DNA of 60,492 nt, counting the filler. It is 6 parts of 6 records of this genome, joined end to end, with 100 filler letters (N's around TTAATTAATTAA, not from the genome) between each part and the next. Parts side by side here need not be neighbours in the genome. Positions count along the whole stretch, not along the records: positions 16,677 to 21,977 come from DRR723986_18105; positions 22,078 to 35,302 come from DRR723986_18110; 4 more parts are not named here. One strand, 5' to 3'. The position numbers and the translations under genes are program-made. Shown here piece after piece: positions 20,669 to 31,092 of this stretch (positions are counted from its first letter, which is position 1; the number at the start of each line of letters is the position of its first letter). The notes under the pieces are model-generated. The model was not told the DNA's origin. It saw only the letters and a list, made by a program, of their open reading frames with translations, and ran no database searches.

Positions 20669-21253
20669 ATGGATGGCGACTTTAGAACTGAATTTACCAA
20701 AGACCCCAGCGCGCTGAGGCGCCACCCCGCGCTGGTGCTGAACGCCGATTACAGGCCGCTGTCTTATTATCCGCTGTCGCTATGGCCTTGGCAGGATGCG
20801 ATAAAGGCGGTGTGGTTAGACAGGGTTAGCATCGTGGCTGAATATGACGATGTGGTGCGCAGCCCCTCGACCAGAATAAAAATACCGTCGGTTGTTGTTC
20901 TGAAAGATTATGTAAAACCCCAAAAGCGCGTGGCCTTCACGCGCTTTAATCTTTTTTTGCGCGATGAGTTTCGTTGCCAATATTGTGGCTCGAAAGGGGA
21001 TTTAACCTTTGATCATGTGGTGCCGCGGGCGCGCGGGGGCGTGACCAGTTGGGAAAATGTGGTGGCGGCCTGCAGCCCGTGCAACCTGCGCAAAGGATCG
21101 AAAAGCCTGTCGCAGGCCAATATGCATTTGCGCAAACCGCCCCGCGCCCCGATGTCTGAGGAAATGCGCAACCTGGGCCGTAAATTTCCGCCCAACCACC
21201 TGCACGAAAGCTGGCTTGATTTTCTGTATTGGGATGCCGAGCTGGAGGCATAA
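20669..21253 (+). CDS. HNH endonuclease (McrA-like)
   Basis: ALVLNADYRPLS, RDEFRCQYCG, TFDHVVPRARGG..WENVVAACSPCNLRKG. Confidence 0.92.
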   Translation: MDGDFRTEFTKDPSALRRHPALVLNADYRPLSYYPLSLWPWQDAIKAVWLDRVSIVAEYDDVVRSPSTRIKIPSVVVLKDYVKPQKRVAFTRFNLFLRDEFRCQYCGSKGDLTFDHVVPRARGGVTSWENVVAACSPCNLRKGSKSLSQANMHLRKPPRAPMSEEMRNLGRKFPPNHLHESWLDFLYWDAELEA

Positions 21254-21277
21254 AAGCGCCCCCAAGGGGCGCTTTTT
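21252..21277. terminator. Bidirectional intrinsic terminator
   Basis: AAAAGCGCCCC-CAA-GGGGCGCTTTT between convergent HNH and purB. Confidence 0.85.
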
Positions 21278-21295
21278 GGTTTTATATTCAGCCTG

Positions 21296-21977
21296 TCAGC
21301 TTTCGCCAAAGACCCGTTTGAAAATGGTATCCACGTGTTTGGTGTGGTAATCCATATCAAATTTCTCGTTGATCTGCTCTTCGCCCAAGGCCGCAACAAC
21401 CTGGGCATCGGCCAGCAGCAATTGGCGGAAATCAACCCGGTCTTCCCAAACTTTCAGCGCATTACGCTGCACCATGGCATAGGCGTCTTCGCGGCTGACA
21501 CCGGCCTGGGTCAGCGCCAAAAGCACCCGCTGCGACATGACAAGCCCTGGGAATTTATTCATATTATCCAGCATGTTCTGCGGGAAGATCAGCATTTTCT
21601 CGATCACCCCGGTTAAGCGGTGCAGGGCGAAATCCAATGTGATGGTGGCATCGGGGCCGATCGCGCGTTCGACCGAGGAATGCGAGATGTCGCGCTCGTG
21701 CCAAAGCGCCACGTTTTCCATGGCAGGGATCACCGCCATGCGCACCAGCCGCGCCAGCCCGGTCAGGTTTTCCGTTAAAACCGGGTTTTTCTTATGCGGC
21801 ATGGCCGAGCTGCCTTTTTGCCCCATCGAGAAAAATTCGGCCCCCTCCAGCACTTCGGTGCGCTGCATATGGCGAATTTCGATGGCCACGTTTTCGATGC
21901 TGCTGGCGATCACACCCAGCGTGGCAAAGAACATGGCATGGCGATCGCGCGGGATCACTTGGGTGCTGATCGGTTCG
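21296..21977 (-). CDS. purB: Adenylosuccinate lyase (5' truncated)
   Basis: QKGSSAMPHKKNP, LWHERDISHSSVER. Confidence 0.96.
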
Positions 21978-22077
21978 NNNNNNNNNNNNNNNNNNNNNNN
22001 NNNNNNNNNNNNNNNNNNNNNTTAATTAATTAANNNNNNNNNNNNNNNNNNNNNNNNNNNNNNNNNNNNNNNNNNNN
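21978..22077. other. Assembly spacer (contig join)
   Basis: N run with TTAATTAATTAA linker. Confidence 0.99.
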
Positions 22078-22667
22078 ACGCGCAGTTTCTGCACCATGTC
22101 GGCCTCGGAGCCGAAATCGAGGTTTACTTGAACGGTACACGTCCGACGCATCATGGAGCGGCCCATTGTGCCAACTTTCCCCATGTAATCGTTCATCAAC
22201 GTGTACCGGCCCTTGGGCATCAGTGGTACGTCGTCATGTTTCCAGATTGGTGCAGCACCAAGACCAATAAAGCCAACGCCGATCTCATCAGCGATATCCT
22301 TGACCTCGCGCAGGTGGATATTCACCTCGTCACAGGTTTCGTGGATCGTTTCCAGCGGGGCGCCGGACAGTTCCAACGCGCCACCGGGTTCTAGCGAGAC
22401 ATTGGCCCCGTCTTTTTCCAATCCGATCAGATGCGCGCCTTCGCGCACTTCGGACCAACCGTGCCGGTCACGCAGACCTTCGAGAACCGCAACAATCGAC
22501 CGTTTGCCTTCGAACGGCAGCGCCTTGTGCGTGTCTTTGCAATACCCGAACTTTTCGTGCTCGGTGCCGATGCGCCACTCTTCTTTTGGCTTACATCCAT
22601 CGGCCAAATACTCGGCCAGTTGTTCATGGCGTTCAATCGGCCCACCGCCGGACTGAGGAATGGACAT
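22078..22667 (-). CDS. gshA: Glutamate-cysteine ligase (alphaproteobacterial/plant type), 3' truncated
   Basis: WRIGTEHEKF, SLEPGGALELSGAP, MPKGRY, TCTVQVNLD. Confidence 0.93.
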
Positions 22668-22823
22668 GGGGCGCGCTCCGTCATTCGCTGCATGCATTAT
22701 ATGCCGAGAAGTGGGCAGATTCATGCTGGGTGTCAATGGATGGTCGGCTCAAAGTCTGACCAGATTTTCACGCTTGCGTGTTCTTGCCCCTGTTGTCCAT
22801 GGAAAAACGATCCACCTGCACCT

Positions 22824-23354
22824 CTAGTGCAAGCGCATATGGGGCGGGCGTTCTACGGTGTTGCGCTCCCAAATCACCACCGGAAGGCCGCCTGTTCCCG
22901 TCAATTCGGCAAGCATCCGTTGCGTTTGCAATCCGGGCAACGTGGAAAACACATCAAACAGATCATCCGCGCCCTCGGCCGTAATTGGAATATGCAGCGG
23001 CGGTTGACCGTGTTGATCCAGAATCCAATGAGCCGGCTTTGCTGTTGGGTCCAGCGTCAGCTTTTCCAGATTCTCGGTCGCGATCACGCCCCCGGTCAGT
23101 GGCCCGTAATAGGTGATCTGGCGTTCATCGACCAAAACGATTCCGGGACCGCCGCTGCCGGTGCGAAATCGGGCGCGTTGTATCCCGACAACAACCACAA
23201 TGCTCGCAATCACAATAACAGCCCAGCCGATACCACCCAGCAGCCCACCGGGGCCAGAGATCCAGCTCAGCCCAAGCAGGGCCAATCCGACGCCAGCCAG
23301 AACCTCGCGCCAGCGCCATAATTCAGCTCGGGCTTCGGGGCGGATGAAACTCAT
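22824..23354 (-). CDS. Conserved hypothetical membrane protein
   Basis: MSFIRPE start overlapping the GNAT stop; two TM helices then soluble domain. Confidence 0.75.
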   Translation of the reverse strand: MSFIRPEARAELWRWREVLAGVGLALLGLSWISGPGGLLGGIGWAVIVIASIVVVVGIQRARFRTGSGGPGIVLVDERQITYYGPLTGGVIATENLEKLTLDPTAKPAHWILDQHGQPPLHIPITAEGADDLFDVFSTLPGLQTQRMLAELTGTGGLPVVIWERNTVERPPHMRLH

Positions 23355-24196
23355 GAACGTATCTCCTGTGGTTGACCAAGCAAGGCAATCCGATACCAAT
23401 CGACCTGCTCAAATCCGATCGCCTCATAGGCGCGAGCAGCCGGTGGGTTATTGGCAAACAACACTGCCACTTTTGCCCCGTTTCTTTCGGCTTCCTGTAA
23501 CAAACCCAGTGTCACGTCTCGCCCATATCCACGCCCACGCAGGTCTGAGGGAACATAGACCCCTCCGACCTGCACATGATCAGATACAATGGCATTCAAA
23601 GAGGCCATGGCAACGGGCTGCCCCTCCTTCATCAAGAGACGCACACGCCCGGTTTCAAGGTCTGATCTCGCGCGTGCCGGTGCGATTTTTTTGGCCTCAT
23701 CCGCGCTGGCCTGATTTGTATCGGTGAGATACCGCGCGAACCAGCACTCCAATAGGGGCACATCACTCGGCTCCATCGGGCGACAGTCCACGGTTTGTGC
23801 CGACATTTGTGACAGCTCTAACCTATACAGCGGCTCATCGTGGTTCAGCCGAAATTCACCGCTGTCCAACCCGATGGATAACAACATTGTCTCAACTTGC
23901 GCGGTTGGTCCTGTCATACCCAATACCGTGGACCCGGAAATCGCACGTGCAAACGCAGTGGCCGCGTCGCTGGCGAGGTCGGGCATTTGCACCATCAAAT
24001 ATCCGCCCTTGGTCACACCAAAGACACCAACAATGCCCTCGACCTCCCAAAGAAAGATCCGAGACGAATGCGGGTGGTCGCTGATTCCAACGCCCTGAGA
24101 GGCGAGATTGCTGCGCAAAAACATCGAACTGGCAGCATGTTTTTCCAGAAACGAATCGATGGCAGCCACGTCGCTTTGCGTCGCTTCGCGGATCAC
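23351..24196 (-). CDS. GNAT family acetyltransferase
   Basis: QVGGVYVPSDLRGRGYG acetyl-CoA motif, NPPAARAYEAIGF; GTG start overlapping rsmE stop. Confidence 0.85.
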   Translation of the reverse strand: MIREATQSDVAAIDSFLEKHAASSMFLRSNLASQGVGISDHPHSSRIFLWEVEGIVGVFGVTKGGYLMVQMPDLASDAATAFARAISGSTVLGMTGPTAQVETMLLSIGLDSGEFRLNHDEPLYRLELSQMSAQTVDCRPMEPSDVPLLECWFARYLTDTNQASADEAKKIAPARARSDLETGRVRLLMKEGQPVAMASLNAIVSDHVQVGGVYVPSDLRGRGYGRDVTLGLLQEAERNGAKVAVLFANNPPAARAYEAIGFEQVDWYRIALLGQPQEIRS

Positions 24197-24918
24197 CCCC
24201 AGTCCCCCAAGACTTGCTGCCACACCGTCATGGCAGCCACAGCGGCAGTATCTGCCCGCAGAATGCGGGGGCCAAGGCTGACGACATGGGCAAAGGGCTG
24301 CGCCCACAAACGCTTGCGTTCAGCGTCTGAAAACCCACCCTCGGGGCCGACCAGGATCGCCCAAGGCTGCCCCGGTGTGTGTTCTGCCAATCGTTTTGCA
24401 GCCCCAACTTCGGCTTCGTCGCAGAACATCAATTGCCGCCCGTCGGGCCATTGATCCAACACACGATCCAGCTTTTGCAGCGCCGCAACTTCGGGGACAT
24501 AGGTGCCACCGCATTGTTCGGCGGCCTCAACTGCGTGGGCCTGAAGCCGGTCCTGTCGAATGCGTTCCGAGTTAGTATAGGCGGTTTGGATCGGCAAAAT
24601 CCGCGCTGCCCCCATTTCGGCGGCCTTTTCGACGATGAAATCCGTTCGGGCCTTTTTGATCGGCGCAAACAATAGCCAAAGGTCCGGCGGCATCTGCAGC
24701 GGCTTGGTCTGTTCGACACACGCCAGTACACCACCCCGCTTGCCAGCCTCGGCCACATCGGCCAGCCATTCGCCATCCCGACCGTTGAACAGCAACACCT
24801 GCCCCCCCACGGCCATCCGCATCACGCCAAAAAGGTAATGCGCCTGATCGCGATCCAAAGGAACCGATTGCCCATCCCCTAGCGGGTGCTCTACATACAG
24901 TCTGATCTTTGCACTCAT
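24193..24918 (-). CDS. rsmE: 16S rRNA m3U1498 methyltransferase
   Basis: HYLFGVMR, VEKAAEMG, EAAEQC, VGPEGGF, LGPRILRADTA. Confidence 0.95.
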   Translation of the reverse strand: MSAKIRLYVEHPLGDGQSVPLDRDQAHYLFGVMRMAVGGQVLLFNGRDGEWLADVAEAGKRGGVLACVEQTKPLQMPPDLWLLFAPIKKARTDFIVEKAAEMGAARILPIQTAYTNSERIRQDRLQAHAVEAAEQCGGTYVPEVAALQKLDRVLDQWPDGRQLMFCDEAEVGAAKRLAEHTPGQPWAILVGPEGGFSDAERKRLWAQPFAHVVSLGPRILRADTAAVAAMTVWQQVLGDWG

Positions 24919-24930
24919 GAAAGCCTACAT

Positions 24931-25893
24931 ATGCAAGGCAATGCCCCAACACCAGATGGTCAGGTCGCTGACGCGCCACAAGACAACTGGGTCGACAAAT
25001 ATGCCCCTGCGTTTTCACGCCCCTATCTGCGCCTGAGCCGTGCAGACCGACCAATCGGGACGTGGCTGCTACTGATCCCCTGTTGGTGGGGACTCGCGCT
25101 GGCCATACTGGACGACCAGAGTCCCAACCTGTTTGATCTGTGGATCGCAGTTGGCTGTGCGCTGGGGGCTTGGTTGATGCGCGGTGCCGGGTGCACGTGG
25201 AATGACATAACGGATCGTGATTTTGACGGACAGGTCGAACGCACCCGGTCGCGACCAATCCCGTCTGGACAAGTGAGCGTCCTTCAAGCCTTGGCATGGA
25301 TGATCCTGCAGGCCCTGCTGGGTCTGGCAATCCTGCTGACCTTTAATCAGGCCGCAATCGCGCTTGGTGTTCTTTCGCTGTTGCCCGTCGCTGTTTATCC
25401 CTTTGCAAAGCGGTTCACATGGTGGCCGCAGGTCTTTCTGGGCTTGGCGTTCAACTGGGGCGCCCTTTTGGCATGGACTGCGCACAGCGGATCATTGGGC
25501 CCAGCCGCTTTGTTCTTGTACGCCGCTGGCATCGCGTGGACGCTATTTTATGACACGATCTATGCCCACCAAGACACCGAAGACGATGCCCTGATCGGCG
25601 TCAAATCAACCGCTCGCCTGTTTGGACAGGATACCGCCCGCTGGATGAAATACTTTCTGGTCGCAACCGTGTCACTGATGGGGTTGGCCGTGATCGAAGC
25701 CGGACTGCCCGATGCTTCTTTTCTAGCGCTGGGTCTGGCCTTGGTAGGCCCCTGGGCAATGGGGTGGCACATGACATGGCAGCTGCGTGGGTTGGATATC
25801 GAAGACAACGCAAAACTGTTGCAGCTCTTCCGCGTCAACCGCGACACTGGCTTCATTCCGCTTATCTTCTTTTGTGCTGCACTGCTGGCATGA
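24931..25893 (+). CDS. ubiA: 4-hydroxybenzoate polyprenyltransferase
   Basis: RADRPIGTWLL, GCTWNDITDRDFD..VERTRSRP, YDTIYAHQDTEDD. Confidence 0.95.
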   Translation: MQGNAPTPDGQVADAPQDNWVDKYAPAFSRPYLRLSRADRPIGTWLLLIPCWWGLALAILDDQSPNLFDLWIAVGCALGAWLMRGAGCTWNDITDRDFDGQVERTRSRPIPSGQVSVLQALAWMILQALLGLAILLTFNQAAIALGVLSLLPVAVYPFAKRFTWWPQVFLGLAFNWGALLAWTAHSGSLGPAALFLYAAGIAWTLFYDTIYAHQDTEDDALIGVKSTARLFGQDTARWMKYFLVATVSLMGLAVIEAGLPDASFLALGLALVGPWAMGWHMTWQLRGLDIEDNAKLLQLFRVNRDTGFIPLIFFCAALLA

Positions 25894-25956
25894 TTGCGTC
25901 CGAAGGGCGGGGAAGGTATGACGTCCTCTAAAGACCATACGAAATAGAACTGAAAT

Positions 25957-27891
25957 ATGCGCATCCCTCTTTCGATTGTGGTCGCCTTGACCTTTCTACT
26001 GGCTGCAGGAGTCTCTCTTGTTGCTGCCAGCTTTGCTGTTACTGCAGTAGAAGAAAACTCTGAAATTGCAGTCCGCCGGACGCTCGATGAACAAGGCCAC
26101 GCTTGGGCCGAGGTTCAGGCAGATGGCCTGCGTGTCATTGTGAGCGGCACCGCCAAAGATGAAGCCACCCGCTTTAATGCCCTGAGCGTGATTGGCGGCG
26201 AAGTGGATCCATCCCGCGTCATCGACCAGATGGAAATCACACCCACGGCGGATCTTGCGGCACCACGGTTTTCCGCCGAAATTCTGCGCAATGACTCCGG
26301 TGTTTCCATTATTGGTCTCATTCCAAGCAGCGTTGACCGTGACGCGATCATCCAAGCCCTGCGGGATTTGAATGATGCCAGCAAAGTCACAGACTTGTTA
26401 GAAGTGGCAGACTATCCCAAGCCCACGGGCTGGGACGATGCCATGAGCTACGCGTTGGCGGCCCTTCGCGTGTTGCCCCGTTCAAAAGTCTCGGTAAGCG
26501 CAGGACGGGTCGCCGTGACTGCGATCTCTGACAGTCGCGCGCAAAAGGAAAAGCTTGAACTGAAATTGACCAAAATGGCCCCGCCCAGTCTTAGGATTGG
26601 ATTGGACATTGCTGCCCCTCGCCCTGTGATTACGCCCTTTACGCTGCGCTTCATCCTCGATGAAACAGGTCCCCATTTTGATGCCTGTTCGGCACAGGAT
26701 GCCGTTGCCAAAAAGCGTATTCTCGATGCCGCTCACGCCGCTGGCCTGGAAGGCAACGCAGAATGCACCGTGGGAATGGGTGTTCCCTCCCCGAATTGGG
26801 CGCGCGCCTCACAGCTGAGCATTCATGCGCTTTCAGAACTCAAGATGGGGTCCGTCACCATTGCAGACGCCGATATCACCCTGATCGCCGCCCAAGGCAC
26901 GGATCCGGCGCTTTTTGATCGAGTGATTGGCGAGTTGGAAACAGCTCTGCCAGATGTTTTTGCTTTGCATCCCGTGCTGCCAGAACCTGAGACAACCGAC
27001 ACCGCCGGCCCCCCCGAATTCACTGCCACTCGCAGCCCCGAAGGGTTGGTGCAGTTACGCGGACGCCTGAGCGATGAAAACCTGCGCCGCATGGTCGACA
27101 GCTATGCAAAGGCGGCCTTTGGATCCGCTTCGGTCTACACTGCAACACGGTTGACCCCTGACTTACCCAGCCAGTGGCCGGTGCGTGTCCTTGCGGGACT
27201 GGAAGCTCTGTCATTCCTCAAGAACGGTGCCCTGACGGTGACGCCGGACAAGCTTAGCCTGCGCGGTGTGAGCGAACAGAAAGATGCGAAGTCTGAAATT
27301 GCGCGTCACCTGTCGGAAAAGCTGGGCGAAGCGCAGAATTATGAGCTTTCAATCACCTATCAGGAACCGCCAGAGCCGCTTGATAAGGATATCGCTCCCG
27401 AGGAATGCGAAGCCCGGATCGCGGATATCCAAAGCCGTGCCAAAATTGCCTTTGAACCGGGATCGGCGACAATTGCCACAGAATCGTTGAAAACCGTCGA
27501 TCTGATCGCCGAAGTCCTTGAGGTATGCGGCCCGATCAGAATGGAGATCCAGGGACACACCGATAGTCAGGGCCGTGCGACCATGAACCAACAGCTCAGC
27601 CAGTCACGTGCGCAATCTGTTCTCAACGAGCTCCGCGCCCGCCGTATTTTGACGTCCAGCTATGCTGCTGTTGGATATGGGGAAACACAGCCCATTGGCG
27701 ACAACGACACCGAAGAAGGTCGTGAGGCAAACCGGAGAATTACATTCAGGTACATTCGCCCCACCGATCTGGAAGAAACCGAAACAACGCTGGACACGAT
27801 CGCAGAGCAACCGACTGATGCCACTGAGGGCACATCGGAAACTGCAACAGGCCAAGACACCAAGCCAGCGGATGCTGGAGAGGATCAGTAA
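25957..27891 (+). CDS. BON-like repeat / OmpA-C peptidoglycan-binding protein
   Basis: N-terminal TM; C-terminal IQGHTDSQG..NQQLSQSRA..GYGE..NRRI OmpA-like motif. Confidence 0.88.
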   Translation: MRIPLSIVVALTFLLAAGVSLVAASFAVTAVEENSEIAVRRTLDEQGHAWAEVQADGLRVIVSGTAKDEATRFNALSVIGGEVDPSRVIDQMEITPTADLAAPRFSAEILRNDSGVSIIGLIPSSVDRDAIIQALRDLNDASKVTDLLEVADYPKPTGWDDAMSYALAALRVLPRSKVSVSAGRVAVTAISDSRAQKEKLELKLTKMAPPSLRIGLDIAAPRPVITPFTLRFILDETGPHFDACSAQDAVAKKRILDAAHAAGLEGNAECTVGMGVPSPNWARASQLSIHALSELKMGSVTIADADITLIAAQGTDPALFDRVIGELETALPDVFALHPVLPEPETTDTAGPPEFTATRSPEGLVQLRGRLSDENLRRMVDSYAKAAFGSASVYTATRLTPDLPSQWPVRVLAGLEALSFLKNGALTVTPDKLSLRGVSEQKDAKSEIARHLSEKLGEAQNYELSITYQEPPEPLDKDIAPEECEARIADIQSRAKIAFEPGSATIATESLKTVDLIAEVLEVCGPIRMEIQGHTDSQGRATMNQQLSQSRAQSVLNELRARRILTSSYAAVGYGETQPIGDNDTEEGREANRRITFRYIRPTDLEETETTLDTIAEQPTDATEGTSETATGQDTKPADAGEDQ

Positions 27892-28203
27892 ATGAACCGG
27901 ACCGAATTCATCATTGCGACCGCCATCATCCTCTTTGTCGCATTCGCCATGGGGTGGTTTGCAAACTGGCTGGTCCATCGCGTGACACGCGTTCGCCAAA
28001 GCGACGTAGCCGATCTGGACCGGATGAGCCAAGAGCTACACGAAGCGGAAGAAACCCGCGATCAGGCCATCACGTACCTACAGCAGCGCGAGGCAGAGCT
28101 TACAAATCAGCTAACACAGACCGAGGCAGAGCTGGCAGCGGCCATGGATGGCCTACGTGCCGCGCGTCAAGACGCCGAAGAACTCAGAACGCAACAGGGG
28201 TGA
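27892..28203 (+). CDS. Small membrane-anchored coiled-coil protein
   Basis: Starts immediately after OmpA gene; one TM then heptad-rich helix. Confidence 0.8.
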   Translation: MNRTEFIIATAIILFVAFAMGWFANWLVHRVTRVRQSDVADLDRMSQELHEAEETRDQAITYLQQREAELTNQLTQTEAELAAAMDGLRAARQDAEELRTQQG

Positions 28204-28443
28204 GACGGCCAAGCTCAGCGTAAATAAGACCGAAGATCTCATTTATTGCGCAGTATTTTTTTAATACAACACACTTGAAAAAACTCTCGGGAATTCAGGT
28301 GTTTGGGCTGGGCAAATCCCTCTCAAAATGAAAAGAAGAGCCCCATAATCTTATCCTTGTGATACGCACACTGTCAGGCGGTTTTCTCCAACCTGGGGTG
28401 GCCTGCTTTTGACGGAATGTGCGTGCCCAACAAAGGTCCTGAT

Positions 28444-28932
28444 ATGGGTTTAAAATGCATTGACGTAATGGTTCCGCAACACAAGCAAAGAACCATCCAC
28501 CCCGACGACAGCATTGCCGCCGCCTTCAACACCATCAAAAACAGTCGCGCCCGCTTCCTGCCGGTGGTTGACGAAAACGGCCTCTACAGAGGCGTGTTTA
28601 CAGCACCAACGCTTCTGAAACTTATCCTGCCTCGTGCAGCGACAATTGGCATGGGTGCGGACAGCACCCGCGTGCCAATGGAAAGTCTGGGGTTTATGAA
28701 CCTCAGCAATTCTGATTTTGATGCTCAGCTTGAGCGTTTGAAAGACGAAAAAGTGTCGGACAACATGTCTAATCCGGCCAACATCCCAGTAACCGCCCCA
28801 AACACCCCCGTGATGGAGGGGATTTTTCTGGTCTACAAATTTAAGCGACACGTCATTTTGGTGGAGCCAGAAACCAACCGTTTTGTAGGAACCGTAAGCG
28901 CAAACTCCCTGCTTGATAACGTTCTAAGCTAA
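28444..28932 (+). CDS. CBS-domain pair protein
   Basis: DVM..TIHPDDSI..FLPVVDENG..GVFT and second CBS (VTAPNTPV..GTVS). Confidence 0.8.
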   Translation: MGLKCIDVMVPQHKQRTIHPDDSIAAAFNTIKNSRARFLPVVDENGLYRGVFTAPTLLKLILPRAATIGMGADSTRVPMESLGFMNLSNSDFDAQLERLKDEKVSDNMSNPANIPVTAPNTPVMEGIFLVYKFKRHVILVEPETNRFVGTVSANSLLDNVLS

Positions 28933-28953
28933 CAAGAAAACCGGACAAAACCC

Positions 28954-30318
28954 GTGACAACTCAATCTACTTCACACGGAGGGGCCACCCTCTCCGTTCC
29001 CGATCTTTTGGGCATTGAGCCGCTTTGGATCGCAACCGGCATCCTGATCTTGGTCTATGCTGTCCTCATCACTGAAAAGGTAAACCGCGCCATTTTGGCG
29101 ATGCTGGGGGCCTCGTTGATGGTTCTTTTCGGCATCATTAATCAGGAACAAGCCATTGGCGGGGTGGATTCAAACACACTTGCCCTGCTCATTGGCATGA
29201 TGGTCATCGTGGGCATCACCAGCAAATGTGGCCTCTTCCAATACGTCGCGATCAAGGCATCCAAAGCGGTCAATGCGAACCCAACAGGCATCTTGATCAT
29301 GCTCACGCTGATCACCGCTGTGTTTTCTGCCCTGCTTGATAACGTGACCACAGTGCTGTTGATTGCGCCGATCACCTTGCTGATTACCGATGCACTTGAA
29401 ACACGAGTCTTTCCCTTTTTCATCGCCGAAATTCTGGCCTCGAACGTGGGGGGCACCGCCACGTTGATCGGGGATCCGCCCAATATCATCATCGGGTCTG
29501 CAGCGGGCCTGAGTTTCAATGAGTTTGTCGTCAACCTTGCCCCGATTTCGGCCATTTGCTTGGTCGTCCTGACAGGGATCATTTACCTGATGAACCGCAA
29601 AGAACTGTCCGCGATCCCCGCCGAAGCCAGCGCCCGGATCATGAAATTCAAAGAAAAAGAAGCGATCACAGACAAGCCCTTGATGTTCAAATCCTTGGGT
29701 GTTCTTGGGTTGGTAATCTTTGGATTTGTTGTTGGGCACGGCTACGGCGTTCAGCCCGGCACCTCAGCGCTTGCTGGGGCGGCATTCCTGATGTTGCTGG
29801 CCTACGGTCACCAAGACGGCGAAGAACAATCTGAGAGCGTGCACCACATCTTTGGCGAAGTCGAATGGGTGACCATCTTCTTCTTCGGTGGTCTGTTTGT
29901 GATCGTAGCCGGTGTCGAACATGTTGGCCTGCTTGCATTCTTTGGGGAAAAGGTGCTGGAATTGACCCAAGGCGATTTGATGATGACGTCTTTCTTCATC
30001 TTCTGGGCTTCGGGTATTTTGTCAGCCATTCTGGACAACATCCCCTTTGTTGCCACCATGATCCCACTGATTGAATCCACCGCAGATACATTCGGCGGCC
30101 CCGAGGCGATCGAACCCTTGTGGTGGTCCCTAGCGCTCGGCGCATGCTTGGGCGGCAACGGAACACTTTTGGGGGCGTCAGCCAACCTGACCGTGGCTGC
30201 CTTTGCTGAGAAAGCAAAACAACCCATCGGGTTCATCGCATTTATCAAGATCGCGTTTCCGATCATGATCCTGACGCTGATGATCGCCAATGTGTATATC
30301 TGGCTGCGGTATTTCTAA
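28954..30318 (+). CDS. ArsB/NhaD (IT superfamily) permease
   Basis: LDNVTTVLL, SNVGGTATLIGDPPNIII, LDNIPFVATM, LGGNGTLLGASAN. Confidence 0.9.
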   Translation: MTTQSTSHGGATLSVPDLLGIEPLWIATGILILVYAVLITEKVNRAILAMLGASLMVLFGIINQEQAIGGVDSNTLALLIGMMVIVGITSKCGLFQYVAIKASKAVNANPTGILIMLTLITAVFSALLDNVTTVLLIAPITLLITDALETRVFPFFIAEILASNVGGTATLIGDPPNIIIGSAAGLSFNEFVVNLAPISAICLVVLTGIIYLMNRKELSAIPAEASARIMKFKEKEAITDKPLMFKSLGVLGLVIFGFVVGHGYGVQPGTSALAGAAFLMLLAYGHQDGEEQSESVHHIFGEVEWVTIFFFGGLFVIVAGVEHVGLLAFFGEKVLELTQGDLMMTSFFIFWASGILSAILDNIPFVATMIPLIESTADTFGGPEAIEPLWWSLALGACLGGNGTLLGASANLTVAAFAEKAKQPIGFIAFIKIAFPIMILTLMIANVYIWLRYF

Positions 30319-30336
30319 GAGCGACCGACGAGACAG

Positions 30337-30370
30337 CAAAAAGCGACGCGAAGGCCCCCTTCGCGTCGCT
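30337..30370 (-). terminator. Intrinsic terminator between convergent genes
   Basis: AGCGACGCGAAGG/CCTTCGCGTCGCT stem with T tract on minus strand. Confidence 0.75.
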
Positions 30371-30392
30371 CACTTCAAATCTACAACGCTTC

Positions 30393-30839
30393 CTACCAGC
30401 GCTTTAACGCATCTTCGTCTGCGTCCTTGGCGGCAACCCAATCTGCCCCCTGCCCGGTGATTTCTTTCTTCCAGAACGGGGCACGGGATTTCAGATAATC
30501 CATCAGATATTCAGCCGCCTCGAACGCATCCTTGCGATGCGGTGCAGCTGTTGCGACCATCATAATCTTATCACCGGGGGCCAAGCGACCGTGGCGGTGA
30601 ATGACCAATGCATCTCCCAATGACCAACGCTGCATGGCCTCTTCAGCAATCTTGGCCAAGGCCTTTTCAGTCATGCCGGGATAATGCTCGATCTCCATCA
30701 CATCCAGATCACCGCGCGCCAGATCACGAACCACACCGGTAAAGGTCACAATTGCCCCGTCTGTGGTACCAGCAGCATCCGCAAAAGCGTTGGCTTCGGC
30801 CCCGAAATCAAAAGGCGCTTCCTGAACCAGCACGCGCAT
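30393..30839 (-). CDS. moaE: Molybdopterin synthase catalytic subunit
   Basis: GAIVTFTGVVR, EHYPGM, HRHGRL, MDYLKSRAPFWKKE. Confidence 0.96.
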   Translation of the reverse strand: MRVLVQEAPFDFGAEANAFADAAGTTDGAIVTFTGVVRDLARGDLDVMEIEHYPGMTEKALAKIAEEAMQRWSLGDALVIHRHGRLAPGDKIMMVATAAPHRKDAFEAAEYLMDYLKSRAPFWKKEITGQGADWVAAKDADEDALKRW

Positions 30840-30843
30840 CGGG

Positions 30844-31089
30844 TCAGCCTCCAGTCATTGGGGGAAAAAACGCAACTTCGCGCACACCCGCCAAAGGCGC
30901 ATCAAAATCTGACAGCTCCTGATCCAGTGCCACGCGCAACGCGCTGAGGTCAGAAAACGCAACTTCGTACCGATCTTCTTTAGCGCGCAGTTCGTCGATC
31001 AAATCTGTCACGGTGATTGCGTTGGTTTCGATCCGCTCCTTGGGCAAGCCAATGCGTTCCCGAACCCAAGCGAAATAGAGCACATCCAT
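30844..31089 (-). CDS. moaD: Molybdopterin synthase sulfur carrier
   Basis: VLYFAWVRE, C-terminal EVAFFPPMTGG. Confidence 0.96.
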   Translation of the reverse strand: MDVLYFAWVRERIGLPKERIETNAITVTDLIDELRAKEDRYEVAFSDLSALRVALDQELSDFDAPLAGVREVAFFPPMTGG

Positions 31090-31092
31090 GCG

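Noticed and set aside
25957-28203. OmpA-domain protein considered as the MotB/ZorB partner of the candidate system
   Set aside because: It is on a different contig in a housekeeping context, with no MotA-like neighbour.
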